A stretch of 64,000 bases of DNA from an uncultured Nitrososphaerales archaeon (GCA_963709405.1 CAVPXM010000042.1:1-64000), one strand, 5' to 3'. Counted from the first letter of the stretch, positions 23,195-34,861 are shown. A program made the numbers and translations. The notes: generated by a model from the sequence alone, not told the origin.

Positions 23195-23908
23195 ATGACT
23201 TGTTATCCGAATCTGAGATGGATAGCTCTTATGATATTGATAGGGAGTTTTGCTTCATTAACTTCTCCTACCAACTGGGTTAAGGCTCAAGCTAGTAGTG
23301 AAAATCTAAAACTTTATCCAGTAGATTCTAAGCCTTACGGCGTATCCTTTGGTGAATGGACTGGCAAATGGTGGAAATGGGCATTGGAAGCTCCTAAAGC
23401 AAAAAATCCAGTCAGTGATGTTACCGGCAAAAATTGTGCTGAAGGACAGAAGGGTCCAGTCTGGTTCTTGGCTGGGACCTATGGAGGTTCTGCAGTTAGA
23501 TCATGTACTATTCCAGCAGATAAAGCTATCTTATGGAATCCTATAAGTCAGGAGTGTTCTTATGCAGAATTTCCAGCTCTAAAAACGGAGTCCGACTTAC
23601 GTGCCTGTGTCAAGAATTTCCAGGATAAGGTTACAGACGTAGAGGTGGTTATTGATGGAACGAAATTACAAAACTTGAAGGCTTATAGGGTTCAGTCTCC
23701 ATTGTTCAACTTTACACTTCCAAAAGATAATGTTCTTGCACTCCCAGCGCAAGCTACAACCGGAGTGTCAGACGGCATTTGGGTCTTTTTACACCCGCTC
23801 CCTCCAGGTAATCATCAAATTCATTCAAAGGGGGTGAGCGTGGATTTCACTGGACCAGCAGTCCAGAATTTCGTTGCAGATGTCAAATATAACTTAACTA
23901 CTAATTGA
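23195..23908 (+). CDS. Secreted hypothetical protein (WWxW...GPVWFLAG family)
   Basis: Signal peptide; intact 237 aa; 4 Cys in the mature region; SDGIWVFLHPLPPGNH. Confidence 0.85.
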   Translation: MTCYPNLRWIALMILIGSFASLTSPTNWVKAQASSENLKLYPVDSKPYGVSFGEWTGKWWKWALEAPKAKNPVSDVTGKNCAEGQKGPVWFLAGTYGGSAVRSCTIPADKAILWNPISQECSYAEFPALKTESDLRACVKNFQDKVTDVEVVIDGTKLQNLKAYRVQSPLFNFTLPKDNVLALPAQATTGVSDGIWVFLHPLPPGNHQIHSKGVSVDFTGPAVQNFVADVKYNLTTN

Positions 23909-24263
23909 CATCACATTGAATCTCGTTGTGAGCGGAATAATGGATATGGATTTTCAAGAATTCCTGGCTTAGGGATCATTTGTGCATGGCAATGCAAACA
24001 CCTTCTCAAGCCTGGGTAGTAGCGCTCAATCCACGATAGATAGCTTGATAAAGGTTGGTATTTTGGATTTTTGTTGGAAGTAATATCAAAACATCTTCGT
24101 AACGAGAAAATAAGATACACAATAATCTTGGTAACAATTTTGGCATTATTAATCGATTTATCACTTACCAAGATATCCGATCTTTATTCGTACAGATCCG
24201 AACTATAATTGGAGGTTTGGAGTCTTTCTCTTTATTGGATTTGTTGCTATTGTTGGACATCAT

Positions 24264-25427
24264 ATGATACCTAACCTGGTTAGTGTCAAGCGTAGAGAAT
24301 ACATGAATTTGGCTGTCCTCCCAATGTACATTATTCACAGAATAGTTAGGATCATTCATTACGTCTTAAGCGGGATAATCTTGTTTGTTATTTTTCAGAT
24401 TCTTTTTTTATCATATTATGGTACTGGCATACTACTGATAGCAACCAGCATAAGCTACTCCTTAGCTATAGTTATGCTTGGAATTCTGGTCCAGAGATTT
24501 TTCTTTTGGTTTAGATCGTACAGAGATTATGTAGTTTTACTTTACGGTTTGTCATCGTCCGCTCTTGTTATCAACGCACTTATTATATTTCTGCTTGCTG
24601 TTGCTATCTATCCAAATTCACCCGAATACATAGGACTGCATGTAGCAAACTTGCAACGGATTATAACAGATCCCATTCAAGAGTCTCTAAATTTCGCAAA
24701 AACTATATCCTCTGTGTTAGCATTTGTACTAATGTGGTTATCTACAGCGGTACTCTTAAAGCGTTATTATCATCGAATGGGTAAACTAAAATACTACGTA
24801 CTCACTAGCATCCCTCTAGTTTTTTTTGTTAGTCAATTTCCTTCCTTGTTTACAGACGCTTTAGGTCCTTTAATTATGACTGATCCTATTTTTTATGGTG
24901 TGCTATTTACAATAATCTTTTTCCTTAGTAATCCGGTAGGAGGGATATTTTTTGGCATTGCATTTTGGACCACTGCACGCATGATTAAGGATAACGAGTT
25001 AGTAAGGAACTATATGATTATCTGTTCGTTCGGTCTAATTCTTTTCTTTATTTCTAATAGTGCCTTTACCGTATGGATTAACCTGCCATTTCCTGCATTT
25101 GGACTTTCAAGCATCTCATATACAGGACTATCCTCTTATTTGATACTCATTGGGATTTATTCAAGTGCTATAACTGTAGCGTCAGACTCGAAGCTACGTC
25201 AGTCGATTAAGAAGTATGCCACGAGTCAGTCAAGGTTTTTGGATAATATTGGCGTAGCGCAGATGGAAGAAGAAATAGAACGAAGAGTTAAACATATGGC
25301 TAAAGAAATAAGTGAAGAGACAAGAATATCTAGCGGAGTTGATGTCCTCGTTTCGGAGAGCGAAATGATAGATACTGCCCGCGAAGCGGTACAAGAAGTA
25401 CATAAAAATAGGGAACGAAAACAATAA
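24264..25427 (+). CDS. Multi-pass membrane protein with soluble C-terminal tail
   Basis: About 8 hydrophobic segments; SDSKLRQSIKK...FLDNIG.AQME tail; N-terminus probably frameshifted from ~24100. Confidence 0.8.
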   Translation: MIPNLVSVKRREYMNLAVLPMYIIHRIVRIIHYVLSGIILFVIFQILFLSYYGTGILLIATSISYSLAIVMLGILVQRFFFWFRSYRDYVVLLYGLSSSALVINALIIFLLAVAIYPNSPEYIGLHVANLQRIITDPIQESLNFAKTISSVLAFVLMWLSTAVLLKRYYHRMGKLKYYVLTSIPLVFFVSQFPSLFTDALGPLIMTDPIFYGVLFTIIFFLSNPVGGIFFGIAFWTTARMIKDNELVRNYMIICSFGLILFFISNSAFTVWINLPFPAFGLSSISYTGLSSYLILIGIYSSAITVASDSKLRQSIKKYATSQSRFLDNIGVAQMEEEIERRVKHMAKEISEETRISSGVDVLVSESEMIDTAREAVQEVHKNRERKQ

Positions 25428-25585
25428 GAATTTTGTGGATTCAGTTGCCAGGGATTAGGTGTTCTGAATCCATTCTGACTATGGACATTCGTCTATTTAA
25501 AAGGGCGCGAATTATAGTGTAAATTCTCGACATAATGTCCTTACTAGAGTCTTCTCCCTAATAGGTTTTATGTTAGTCGAAGGGA

Positions 25586-25746
25586 CTATTCCAATCGCTC
25601 CTCTAGGGACTTAATGTGCATAATTGATGGGCCTTCTTTAAACAATGCAAATTTACTTTCATTACGTTCTCTTATTACTTTCAAAGCTAAAAGTCTGTCC
25701 TTTGGTGTTAAATTGCTATGACCTTTGAAGATCTCGCAGCCTTTCC
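25586..25746 (-). repeat. Third, more diverged copy of the HTH gene 3' end
   Basis: KGCEIFKG..NLTPKDRLLALKVIRERNESKFALFKEGPSIMHIKSLEERLE matches 33716-33880. Confidence 0.85.
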
Positions 25747-25877
25747 AGGCGGTGCTCACGGACATGTAGCACAAGAGATCAAGGATAAGGTAAATGGTGG
25801 CAGATGTGGTGTTTGTGGTGGCTAGGTTAATAGACCAGCAAAGCAACACCTTTTGTTTTTACTTTACTTTAGTTTAC

Positions 25878-26159
25878 TTAGATGTATGATAACAAGATGG
25901 GTTTCTGATTCACACGTTTAACGTTGCTGTGTTCGAGTAGTTGCTGTATTACTGATCTGAGTTTTTCATTGTGTTTCATTAGGTATTTGTCTCCTATGTA
26001 GGCGGCTATCTGTGGGTTATGTTGACAGTCTCGTTTAATCAAGTCCTCGAATTTTAGTGATTTGACTTCCTGCAGGATAGCAAGGCATTCGTTACTTGTT
26101 ATCTATTCAATGTGGGTTATAGCAGAGTCCTGCCGTCGTGGTCTGCCGCCGCTTGTCAT
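25878..26159 (-). pseudogene. 93-aa helical protein with one in-frame stop
   Basis: MTSGGRPRRQDSAITHIE*ITSNECLAILQEVKSLKFEDLIKRDCQHNPQIAAYIGDK...HSNVKRVNQKPILLSYI; TAG at 26103-26105. Confidence 0.6.
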
Positions 26160-26679
26160 GGCGTTAACGGTAACAATTGATGATTGATAAGGGTTATCTT
26201 TGACTGGCTAGGCTAGCTTAGCCTTTTCGGTTCCTCCACCATTTTTTATTAATCTTGTATTAATAAATGACTATTACAGTGTAGTACGATTGCTAAGACA
26301 GCTTCTGTCATTTTCTTTGATTAATTATTTCCACCAATATGAGCTATGCTCTACTATATGCTGTATAGATAGAGTCACCAACCATTGACTGACTTCACAA
26401 GCGTGGGTGGATGGCATATGCTTAAAGCGTTCGCTCAATCTGGGCTGGTTAGTCAGTCTTTCCTCCCTCCTCTCTGTTTCCCAAGGGAGCCTGTTTTAAG
26501 AAATCACCTTGAATGCCACGCGTTGGCCTGTACTGTTGGCTCTTGCTACTTAGCGAAAGACCATAATTGTATACCTTCCGTAAGGGTGGGAATCGGATAC
26601 CTTTGGGATTGCTATTTGATACACGTATCGTCAGACCTCCAGGACCGTTGTATATATCTGTTGTAATTACAGTATGGTC

Positions 26680-28606
26680 CTTATTGTTAGGCCAAAGCCG
26701 TAAAGCTTATAGATCTGGACGGTAAGGTTTTGGTTTTTTTAGATACGCCTGACCATAATCTTTTGGCAAACATTGCGCCAATACTCTCACATGACAAGTA
26801 TGAACAGGAATATAAGTTCGTAGACGTCAGTTCTGGGCCAAAAACCAAAAATAATGTAATTAGAGGATTTCCTACCTTAATTTTTGCCCAAGCCTCCGAT
26901 AATAGTAACAAAGATAGACATGTGGAGATTAATAGAAGGTATTTATCAATAAGTGTCAATACATCAGAAAAGAAGATAGCCGATGCAGTTGCATTAAAAG
27001 TCGAAAAATCTGGTGGTGCAAGGGGAGAGTATGACCTTAAAGTAGTTGAGAAATCTTCAGTATATCGAGCCAAGGTTATTCTAGCCATACTAATGCGAAA
27101 ATTAAGGAAGTTATCTGAACCGTTCAAGGCAGCAATTAATTGCAGATAATACCTTAACCCTAGATGATATCGAATCTGGAACATTTATTCCATTTAAAGA
27201 GAGCTTGAAGACTGGCCTACCACATAAACATGTCCTTGATATGACTGCCGCTGAAACCTTCAATACTAATTTAACTTTACTGCCAAAGATTAATGCAGAT
27301 AGTCGTCCTAAGTTGATCTATTCTGACGGAGTTGTAGTTCCGCTAGCTATCTTTGAAGACTTAGCAGTGGCAATGTCACTACTAGAATTCAGTAACACTG
27401 GCCTTAACCCGGAGTTGCAAAATTGGTATGAAGACGTGTTTATGACGACATACAACCAGAAAGTAAACGAGTTTGAAGAAAATAATCAAGGGCATCAGTC
27501 GCAACAAGAACTTGATAATCTGTCTATTTCATTAACTACTGCTAATTTAATTGAAAAACACAAGGAGTTAAGCGTCAAAGGTGGAAGCAGAGGAGGATAT
27601 GAAGAAGTAAATTCCAAAGAAATACTACAAAAATATCTCTATCCTCTAATCAATCTCGGCTATATAGAAAAGGAAGACATTCAAGGCAGAAGGGCAAATA
27701 GTTATAGGCCAGTCAAAGACTTAAAATGTTCTTTTTATTCCTTTTCCGATGAAAAGAACATTTTTCCATATAAACTCAAGATAAAGATTGAAAAAAATGA
27801 GTTATATCCATCAAAAGAAATGTTAGAATTACAAATTAGAGACTCATTAAAATATTCTTCTGAATATACTAAAAAGAATGGACTTAATTTTAAATTAGTA
27901 GACGAGAATGATAGCGAAATCGAAATTAGAGATTCTGGTTGAAAGATTTTATGCCAAGCCTGAGGACTATTTCTTCTTAGACGATAAGACTCGAAACAGT
28001 TCAACTATGGAGCTTGAAACAAATGTTATAAAAGATGCGGATAAGACAAAAATACTAACTGCTCCTCTTCCTAATAATTCAGAAGAACATTTCTCAAACA
28101 GTGATTTTTGTAATAATGACAATGAAGAAGGATTTCTAAATACAAGTATTACAAAATCTGTTGATGAACCATATAAGAAATTATTCTATGAGCATGAAAA
28201 GGAACAAAAAGAATATTCTACACAATTTTCAGGCCTTAGAGAACAAGAAAAAGTATCTAGTGAAGACGCTGTATTCGAACAAATAGTTGGAGCCATAAGA
28301 GAAACTATTGGAGCCGAAATTTCTGTAGATCCAATCATAGAATCACTGAGAATGAAAAATGAACACGTCAAAGAATACTTTGGACAGATAGCAATACAAA
28401 AGGACAACCCAATTATCAAAAATATATACCTGAGAATTATTAGACACAACAATATAGAAGTCGTAAGACATAGACCCGACCTAGTTGTCAAGTGGGTCAA
28501 AGAACAAAACACTGAACACCAATTATCTAGCGATTATGACGAAAATGTATACGACAAACAACATCAGCAAGATAGCGCGGCCAACAATGCAGAGGCTTTG
28601 CATTAA
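26680..28606 (+). pseudogene. Mobile-element replication protein (helicase/ATPase-like), N-truncated and frameshifted
   Basis: Three consecutive ORFs; LVFLD (Walker B-like), PTLIF, EINRRYL (Arg-finger-like); stop overlaps the polB start. Confidence 0.5.
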
Positions 28607-29070
28607 TGAATTCTTCAAACGGAGTAGCAGTTGTTTCTCAAGCGTCTCATAGAAACGAATTACTAACTTACACTTATGCATCTATAGATATAGAATTTAG
28701 ATTTGATCAAAACAATAGTGATAAACCATATTCAATTTTTGCAGTAGCAATAGTAGATAGTTTAGGTAATACAAAAGTAAGACATGAATCACATTTTGTG
28801 AATTATCAGTATCCAGAAAAAGAGTTAGTGCTATGGTTGATATCAGAAATTCTTAGATATAGATTGACAATAAGATGGTATAGCAAAGGTGTAAGAATTC
28901 AAAAAGAGGACGGAACATTTACTGGCAAAGATTCCGATCTGAAAATCATTGATGATGTGTGTCAGCATTATAATATTCCTTCAATAATAGGTTTTGATAA
29001 AAGAGGAGTTCCCTATGTCAGAGGCTACGACTATCATCTCTGCGCTACGTCACCATTCTATGCCAGAATG

Positions 29071-30070
29071 TGCTTTGTTGCGCGATTCATTATGTTGTAA
29101 GTGATATTTATTTGACCACTCTGCATTTAGCTACCCAATAATAATTATTCTGGCATGATTGACTGGCCTTCGTATAATCATTCATTAGTAAGACGTGGCC
29201 AAGTACCTCTTAGATTTTGATGTACTTGATGGATGGGATCATGAATTATCTCAAATGAATCTTGGTAAGGTTGGTGAACCTTACGACTATCCAGATTCCT
29301 TTATTAAGATCCTAGGTTACATGAGAGCTTATTTTCATCTACCATATAGACAGACAGAGGGCGTAGTTATAGCACATGCAAGTACAAAGGTTCCAGGTAT
29401 ACCACATTATAGTACTATTAGTAGACGCATAAACAGGCTAGAGATCAAAATCAATGAAAAATTAGGAAATGATATTGTCATTGCTATAGACAGTACCGGT
29501 ATTAAAGTAGCTAATCGAGGTGAATGGATGCGGCATAAATGGCATGTTAGGAAAGGATATCTAAAGATACATGTAGCAGTTGACATCAAGAAGAAAAGAA
29601 TCCTGTCTTTGGAGGTAACTAGTGAAGAGGTACATGATGGTAGGATGCTAAGCAAGCTAGTAGACAATGCTTCTGAGAATAATCATGTGAAGGGCATGTT
29701 AGCAGATGGTATGTACGACAGCAATAACAATTTTAGATACCTGTCAAAGAACCATATTAAACCAGGTATAAAGACAAGAAGTAATTCCAAGGTAAGGTCA
29801 ACTAACTGTCATGCTAGGAATATGTCTGTAGTAAAACAACAAGCAAATCTCAAAAGATGGAAGCGTAGCGTGAGCTATGGACACAGGTGGATGGCAGAAA
29901 CAGCATTCTCTTCAATTAAAAGAATGTTTGGTGAACATGTAACAGCTAGAAAATTTCCTAATATGGTAAAGGAAATCTTCCTAAAGGCAACTCTGTATAA
30001 CATGTTCAATCGAATGACCTAACTAACGGCTTGCATAACCTAAAATCCTAATGAATCATGCAACAGAGCA
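29071..30070 (+). mobile_element. IS5-family insertion sequence, 1000 bp
   Basis: 21-bp TIRs TGCTTTGTTGCGCGATTCATT / TGCTCTGTTGCATGATTCATT; TSD CCAGAATG at 29063-29070 and 30071-30078. Confidence 0.95.
29155..30022 (+). CDS. IS5-family DDE transposase (apparent +1 shift near 29205)
   Basis: MIDWPSYNHSLVRRGQ start; IDSTG, ADGMYD and RWMAETAFS. Confidence 0.9.
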
Positions 30071-31915
30071 CCAGAATGAATAAATTTGACTGGTATTACC
30101 ATATTGATCTTTACCAAATTTATAACAAACCGTTGGTAAAGACCATGATCTATCAGAATAAGTATAGAGACCTTAAACTTGATACAGTATCAAATGCTAT
30201 TCTTGATGAAGGCAAATTTGAACAGTTAGACGGGTTACAGATTCAAAACCTTCCAATGGAAAAACAAATAGAATATGTAGCTCAAGATGCCAACCTCGTA
30301 ATGAAATTATCTAAACATAATAATTATGAAATACTGGACTTGATGAATGCAATTTCTATTATAACAAATGTTCCTTTTGATAGAGTATGTCATACAGGCA
30401 TATCTACATGGTGGAACAAGATTATCGCCAACAAGTTACTTAATGGCGAATGCAAATTACCTTCCTTCAGGAATGAGTTGAAGAACAAAAAACAGAAATA
30501 CATAGGCGGTGAAGTAATCCCTCCTATAATAGGAGATTATAAAGATCAAAAAATCTATGTGTTAGATGTCAAGTCACTCTATCCCACTATAATGATAAAT
30601 AACAACATCAGTTTTGAGACCGTCAACTGTGACTGTTGTATGGACAAGCCAGAGGCAAGAGTTTCATCCGAGATTATGGATATAATAAACAAAGATTTGC
30701 CACTGGGCCAAAAAAGACAGAATATATATTGGATCTGTAAAAATCAGAATTACGTGGGAATTATTCCACGTCTTTTATCTCACTATCGAACTGAAAGATT
30801 CAGACAACAAGAGTTAGGAAATAATTCAATGCAGTTAGCACTCAAAAATCTTATTAACGGCATTTATGGCTTATTCGGTAGCGAGTTCTTTGATTTTTCA
30901 GATTATAGAGTCGCTGAACTTACAACGGCTTTTGGAAGACAAACTTTGAAATATATGCAGCATATAGCAGAAAAAGTATACGGTTTTAAAGTAATTTACG
31001 GCGATACAGATAGTATTTTTGTAACGGACGTCAAGAAAGAAAATGACATTAACAAATTCTTGGCAGAGTGCTCCATAGTATTAGAAGATATTGAAATTGA
31101 ATTGGCAAATGTCTATAACAGAATCTTAATCATAAAGAAGAAACATTACCTAGGAGTTACAAAGGAAGGAGAAATCATAGTTAAAGGAATGGAGGGTGCA
31201 AAAATGATCGTCCTTCATGGATTAATAGCGTGTTTAATCAGTTTGTAAAGGAGATTGTCGCAAATGATGTAAATGTATTAGCAAACATAAGAAATTCAGT
31301 TAAGGAATTTGAAGAAGGTAAAGTAGATGCAAATGAATTGAAGATATCTGTCAAACTTTCAAAGGATCCAGATCACTACACAGTGAATAATGCACAAAAG
31401 AAAATAGGTCTTGAGCTCAATCTTAAGGCAGGAGATGTTATTCAGTATTACAAGTCGGATAATGACGATGGAATCTCATTAGATCCAAATGATATCAGCA
31501 TTCAGAAATACAAAGCAATGTTATGGAATTCAGTTAAGGATATTCTAGAACTAACTGGCCACGATATTATCACAATAGAACAAGATTTGATACTAAACAA
31601 GTCAAACAATACAACCCAAAATCCATCAAATATCCAATTTCTGAGGTAAATCCCATTTAGTAAACTTAATATGATCTAAACCAGCCATGCGGCGGGTTCC
31701 GAAACTTCCCATTTTAAACAGAATAAAGTTGCGGTACTTTGATACATCAAAGATATTTTGGGACATAGAATATTAGAAATGTAGACCTGTTTGTAACTCT
31801 AAGAAAGTGTATGTAAAACTGTTTGTATCTATTATTCCACTTGTACTTAAAATCTTTTAGTCGTTACTATTAAACAGTAACGCTTTTATATGACCATTGT
31901 TTATAGTATTCATAC

Positions 31916-32623
31916 TTGAGTAGTTTTATTCTTGATCTCATAAAATGCGAATATACAGTACAAACTGATGGTAACAATAATAAATATTTCATCATTCTTG
32001 CTGGCCCTGCAAAAGGTGTATTATATATTACAGAGAACAGTCCAGACTATATATCTGGACAGGTTAGAATGAGAGGAAGAGATGGAGGCAGATATCCGTA
32101 TAACTATTTGGAGATGATAGACCATATTTTTGGAAAGGAAGAAAATACCATTGAAGTATGTAGTGGTAGTATCAAGGGAAGAAACGCGACGTCGACAGCA
32201 TCAATCACGTCCATTCAACAGAGTAGATCCTCTTTATTATCAATTGCACAATTATCATCATTTCCATCCTCATCGTGTTTTACAGTTGATATCAATCCCT
32301 ATACTAACCCAGACCTTATTGCTGATGGACAGATTCTTGATGCTATTCCAAATAGGATATTCAATAGATGGAGAGGTGATCCTCCATACAATCCTAGAAC
32401 AGCAAAAGAAATGTATGGAACAGATCTACCCAATCCTTCTAAATTACTTAAAGCAGGTGCGAGGGTCTGTAAGCCTGGTTCGTTAATGTTTTTATTGCTT
32501 GGGCCACAAAACTATCAGATTCATCCTAAAGGTGTAAAGAGAATCGGTTATATTGATATCACAGTCGTCCCGAATAACGAAATTAGATGTTTAAATATAT
32601 ATTATAAGTTTGCAGATGTTTAG
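31916..32623 (+). CDS. Putative DNA amino-methyltransferase (DPPY)
   Basis: EVCSG (motif I-like), VDINP, GDPPY and RVCKPG. Confidence 0.6.
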   Translation: MSSFILDLIKCEYTVQTDGNNNKYFIILAGPAKGVLYITENSPDYISGQVRMRGRDGGRYPYNYLEMIDHIFGKEENTIEVCSGSIKGRNATSTASITSIQQSRSSLLSIAQLSSFPSSSCFTVDINPYTNPDLIADGQILDAIPNRIFNRWRGDPPYNPRTAKEMYGTDLPNPSKLLKAGARVCKPGSLMFLLLGPQNYQIHPKGVKRIGYIDITVVPNNEIRCLNIYYKFADV

Positions 32624-32752
32624 GTAGCAGTTATTACTTCCATTATCATATGCTGTGATACTTTCAGTAATTTTATCCCTCATAGTATCACATAATTTCT
32701 ATAATCAGTCACCATAAATGTGTGTCTGCAAAATTTAATTTAGAATCCTTCA

Positions 32753-33064
32753 TTGGTTATGCATTTATACTGCTTAACTCATTATACACATGATGCACCA
32801 TGTCCAACACAATCGACACCACCGCCAACAAATCCACCACTAAGCACCGACAATAATTCACCGTCAACAGACAATAATCCAAGCGATAACAATCCAAGTC
32901 CACCGTCAACAGACAATAATCCAAGCGATAACAATCCAAGTCCACCAAGTAGCGATAATGGTAACGAGCCGTCATCTAATAGCGATAAAGGCGGAGAGAA
33001 AAGCAATGGTGGTGACAAATCGTCAAGTGGTGACAAGGGTGGTAATCAACCAAACCAAGACTAG
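32753..33064 (+). CDS. Low-complexity Pro/Ser/Asn/Asp-rich ORF, likely a gene remnant
   Basis: PSTDNNPSDNNPSP repeats; perfect 42-bp tandem duplication at 32859-32942. Confidence 0.45.
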   Translation: MVMHLYCLTHYTHDAPCPTQSTPPPTNPPLSTDNNSPSTDNNPSDNNPSPPSTDNNPSDNNPSPPSSDNGNEPSSNSDKGGEKSNGGDKSSSGDKGGNQPNQD

Positions 33065-33411
33065 TTGATGTAAATGAAGACATTCTAGCGTGGTGTAGTT
33101 AATAGTAAAGAAGGCAAATAAAATGAGAAAATCACTAAAATAAGCCTTATTCTTCTAAAACTAGCTTTCATTAACAACTTGGTAGGAGTATTCGAATATG
33201 AATCAGATGAGTCAGGAAATACGTCAGCCAAAGTATGGGAGCGAAAGTGATTGATAGTAGCGGGGGCAAACGCGTTTCTGGAAAGGATAGAAAAACTCCA
33301 GCTTTAACGATCCAAAAAATTCCGTTTGATACTTTATTAATTCCAGACGTAAAAAAGACGTCAATCATGAGTAGATGAGTTCTGAATCAAGAAATTCTGA
33401 AGAAATAGTAG

Positions 33412-33910
33412 ATGATTATTTTAGTAACCTCCTCAAAATGCATAAACATAACCTTCACGAAGAGAATATTGCATATAACAATCTTGGTAACGCATAATTT
33501 CAAAATTGAAGACAGACGAAGAATGGTTGCAACTCTATTAGCACAGTCAATGACAGAAACTGAAATAGCACAGGAACTGAAAGTAGACCAATCAACTATT
33601 AGTAGAGATATCAAAGTATTAAAGGAATTGTCGCAGCGATTCGTATTTGATTTAGCAAAGTCTGACTTGGCGTATTATTACAAACAGTGTATTGATGGGA
33701 TAGAAGAAGTTAGAAGGAAAGGCTGGGAGATATTCAAAGGGCAGGACAATAGCAATTTAACACCAAAAGACAAACTTTTAGCTTTGAAAGTAATAAGGGA
33801 ATGCAATGAGAGCTAAATTTGCATTATTCAAGGAAGGTCCATCAATTATGCACATAAAGTCATTAGAGGAGAGACTACAAAATATTGAATCTAGAGAGAT
33901 CAATCAGTAA
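33412..33910 (+). pseudogene. HTH protein (start probably ~33462-33522), frameshifted near 33812
   Basis: MTETEIAQELKVDQSTISRDIK helix-turn-helix; the tail FALFKEGPS continues in another frame. Confidence 0.75.
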
Positions 33911-33995
33911 TCTATCTAAGAGGATTGAAAGATTAGATTCTTTTAATGATGATGGTAACGATTCAAACCACTGGAGAGGCAAAGCAATAATTCCA
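33734..33995 (+). repeat. Inverted duplicate, copy B
   Basis: About 96% identical to the reverse complement of 20049-20311. Confidence 0.92.
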
Positions 33996-34108
33996 ATCTG
34001 ATAGATTAGTTTGTTTTGTGTTACTAGATACTCCTTCTTCACCTTCTTGCGAGGAGATGTGAAATATTATTCGAATGTAAATTCAAGAATGCTTTTGTTC
34101 TTGGAGAT

Positions 34109-34438
34109 ATGCAAAGAATTCGCCAAGTTGTCCATAATTTATTGGACAATGCATTAAAATTTACAAAACATGGCTCTATTACAATATCTTTATCAGAAAG
34201 AAAGACAAGAACTGCAAATGAATGGAATATCGTTATAAAAGACGACGGCGAAGGTATTGATTCAGAGATAATGCCGAGGCTATTTACGAAATTTGCGACT
34301 AAATCAGAACATGGGATAGGGTTGGGCCTGTATATCTCAAAAAGTATTATTGAAGCTCATGGTGGTAGAATATGGGGCGAAAATAATGCTGATGGGAAAG
34401 GCGCTACTTTCAGTTTTAGCTTGCCAATGGCTAACTAA
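34109..34438 (+). pseudogene. Histidine kinase HATPase_c fragment
   Basis: NLLDNALKF, DDGEG, GIGLGL and GATF boxes; no H-box. Confidence 0.85.
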
Positions 34439-34630
34439 CCAACTAACTAATATTTAATTAGCCTTTCCTTACATATCGGAGCTAGCACCTTCAATTTTTT
34501 CTTTATCTTAGCTGAAGATAATGGCTTTGAATATAATGGTAATAGGATACAACTGTAGAAAGGGCGTCCCAACTACTTTCCAATTCCAAAAATTATAGTG
34601 TGGATATAAAGGGTATATTACAGATTTCTT

Positions 34631-34861
34631 CTAGTTGCATTTTTGATGTGAGGTTGAATCGGCTTTGGAACGCAATACTTTCCCACATCCTTTACAGTAA
34701 TAGATATCACACGTTAAACATTTAAAAAACCAATTTGGTGAATTATTGATTCTGATAAGGATAAAATCATGCTCATGTGAGAGAAAATTTCTGTGGAACT
34801 TTTTATTGCTTTCAGTTTCGTTAGCTATTATTATACAATTAAAATAGTTCTCTTCCCTCAT
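34631..34861 (-). CDS. Small Zn-finger protein
   Basis: H.H...CLTC...YCKGCG. Confidence 0.6.
   Translation of the reverse strand: MREENYFNCIIIANETESNKKFHRNFLSHEHDFILIRINNSPNWFFKCLTCDIYYCKGCGKVLRSKADSTSHQKCN

Larger units (their letters stand above)
28606..31649 (+). pseudogene. polB: Family B DNA polymerase interrupted by IS5, with a C-terminal frameshift
   Basis: ExoI SIDIEF, ExoIII YVAQD, DVKSLYP, KNLINGIYG, YGDTDS, KKHY; removing the IS restores ...FYARMNKFDW... in frame; shift in an A run near 31200. Confidence 0.93.

Noticed and set aside
32757-33036. Minus-strand repetitive ORFs
   Set aside because: Shadows of the 42-bp tandem repeat; two contiguous units without spacers, so not CRISPR
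26680-34000. Casposon or provirus
   Set aside because: No Cas1 and no recognisable capsid, portal or large terminase gene
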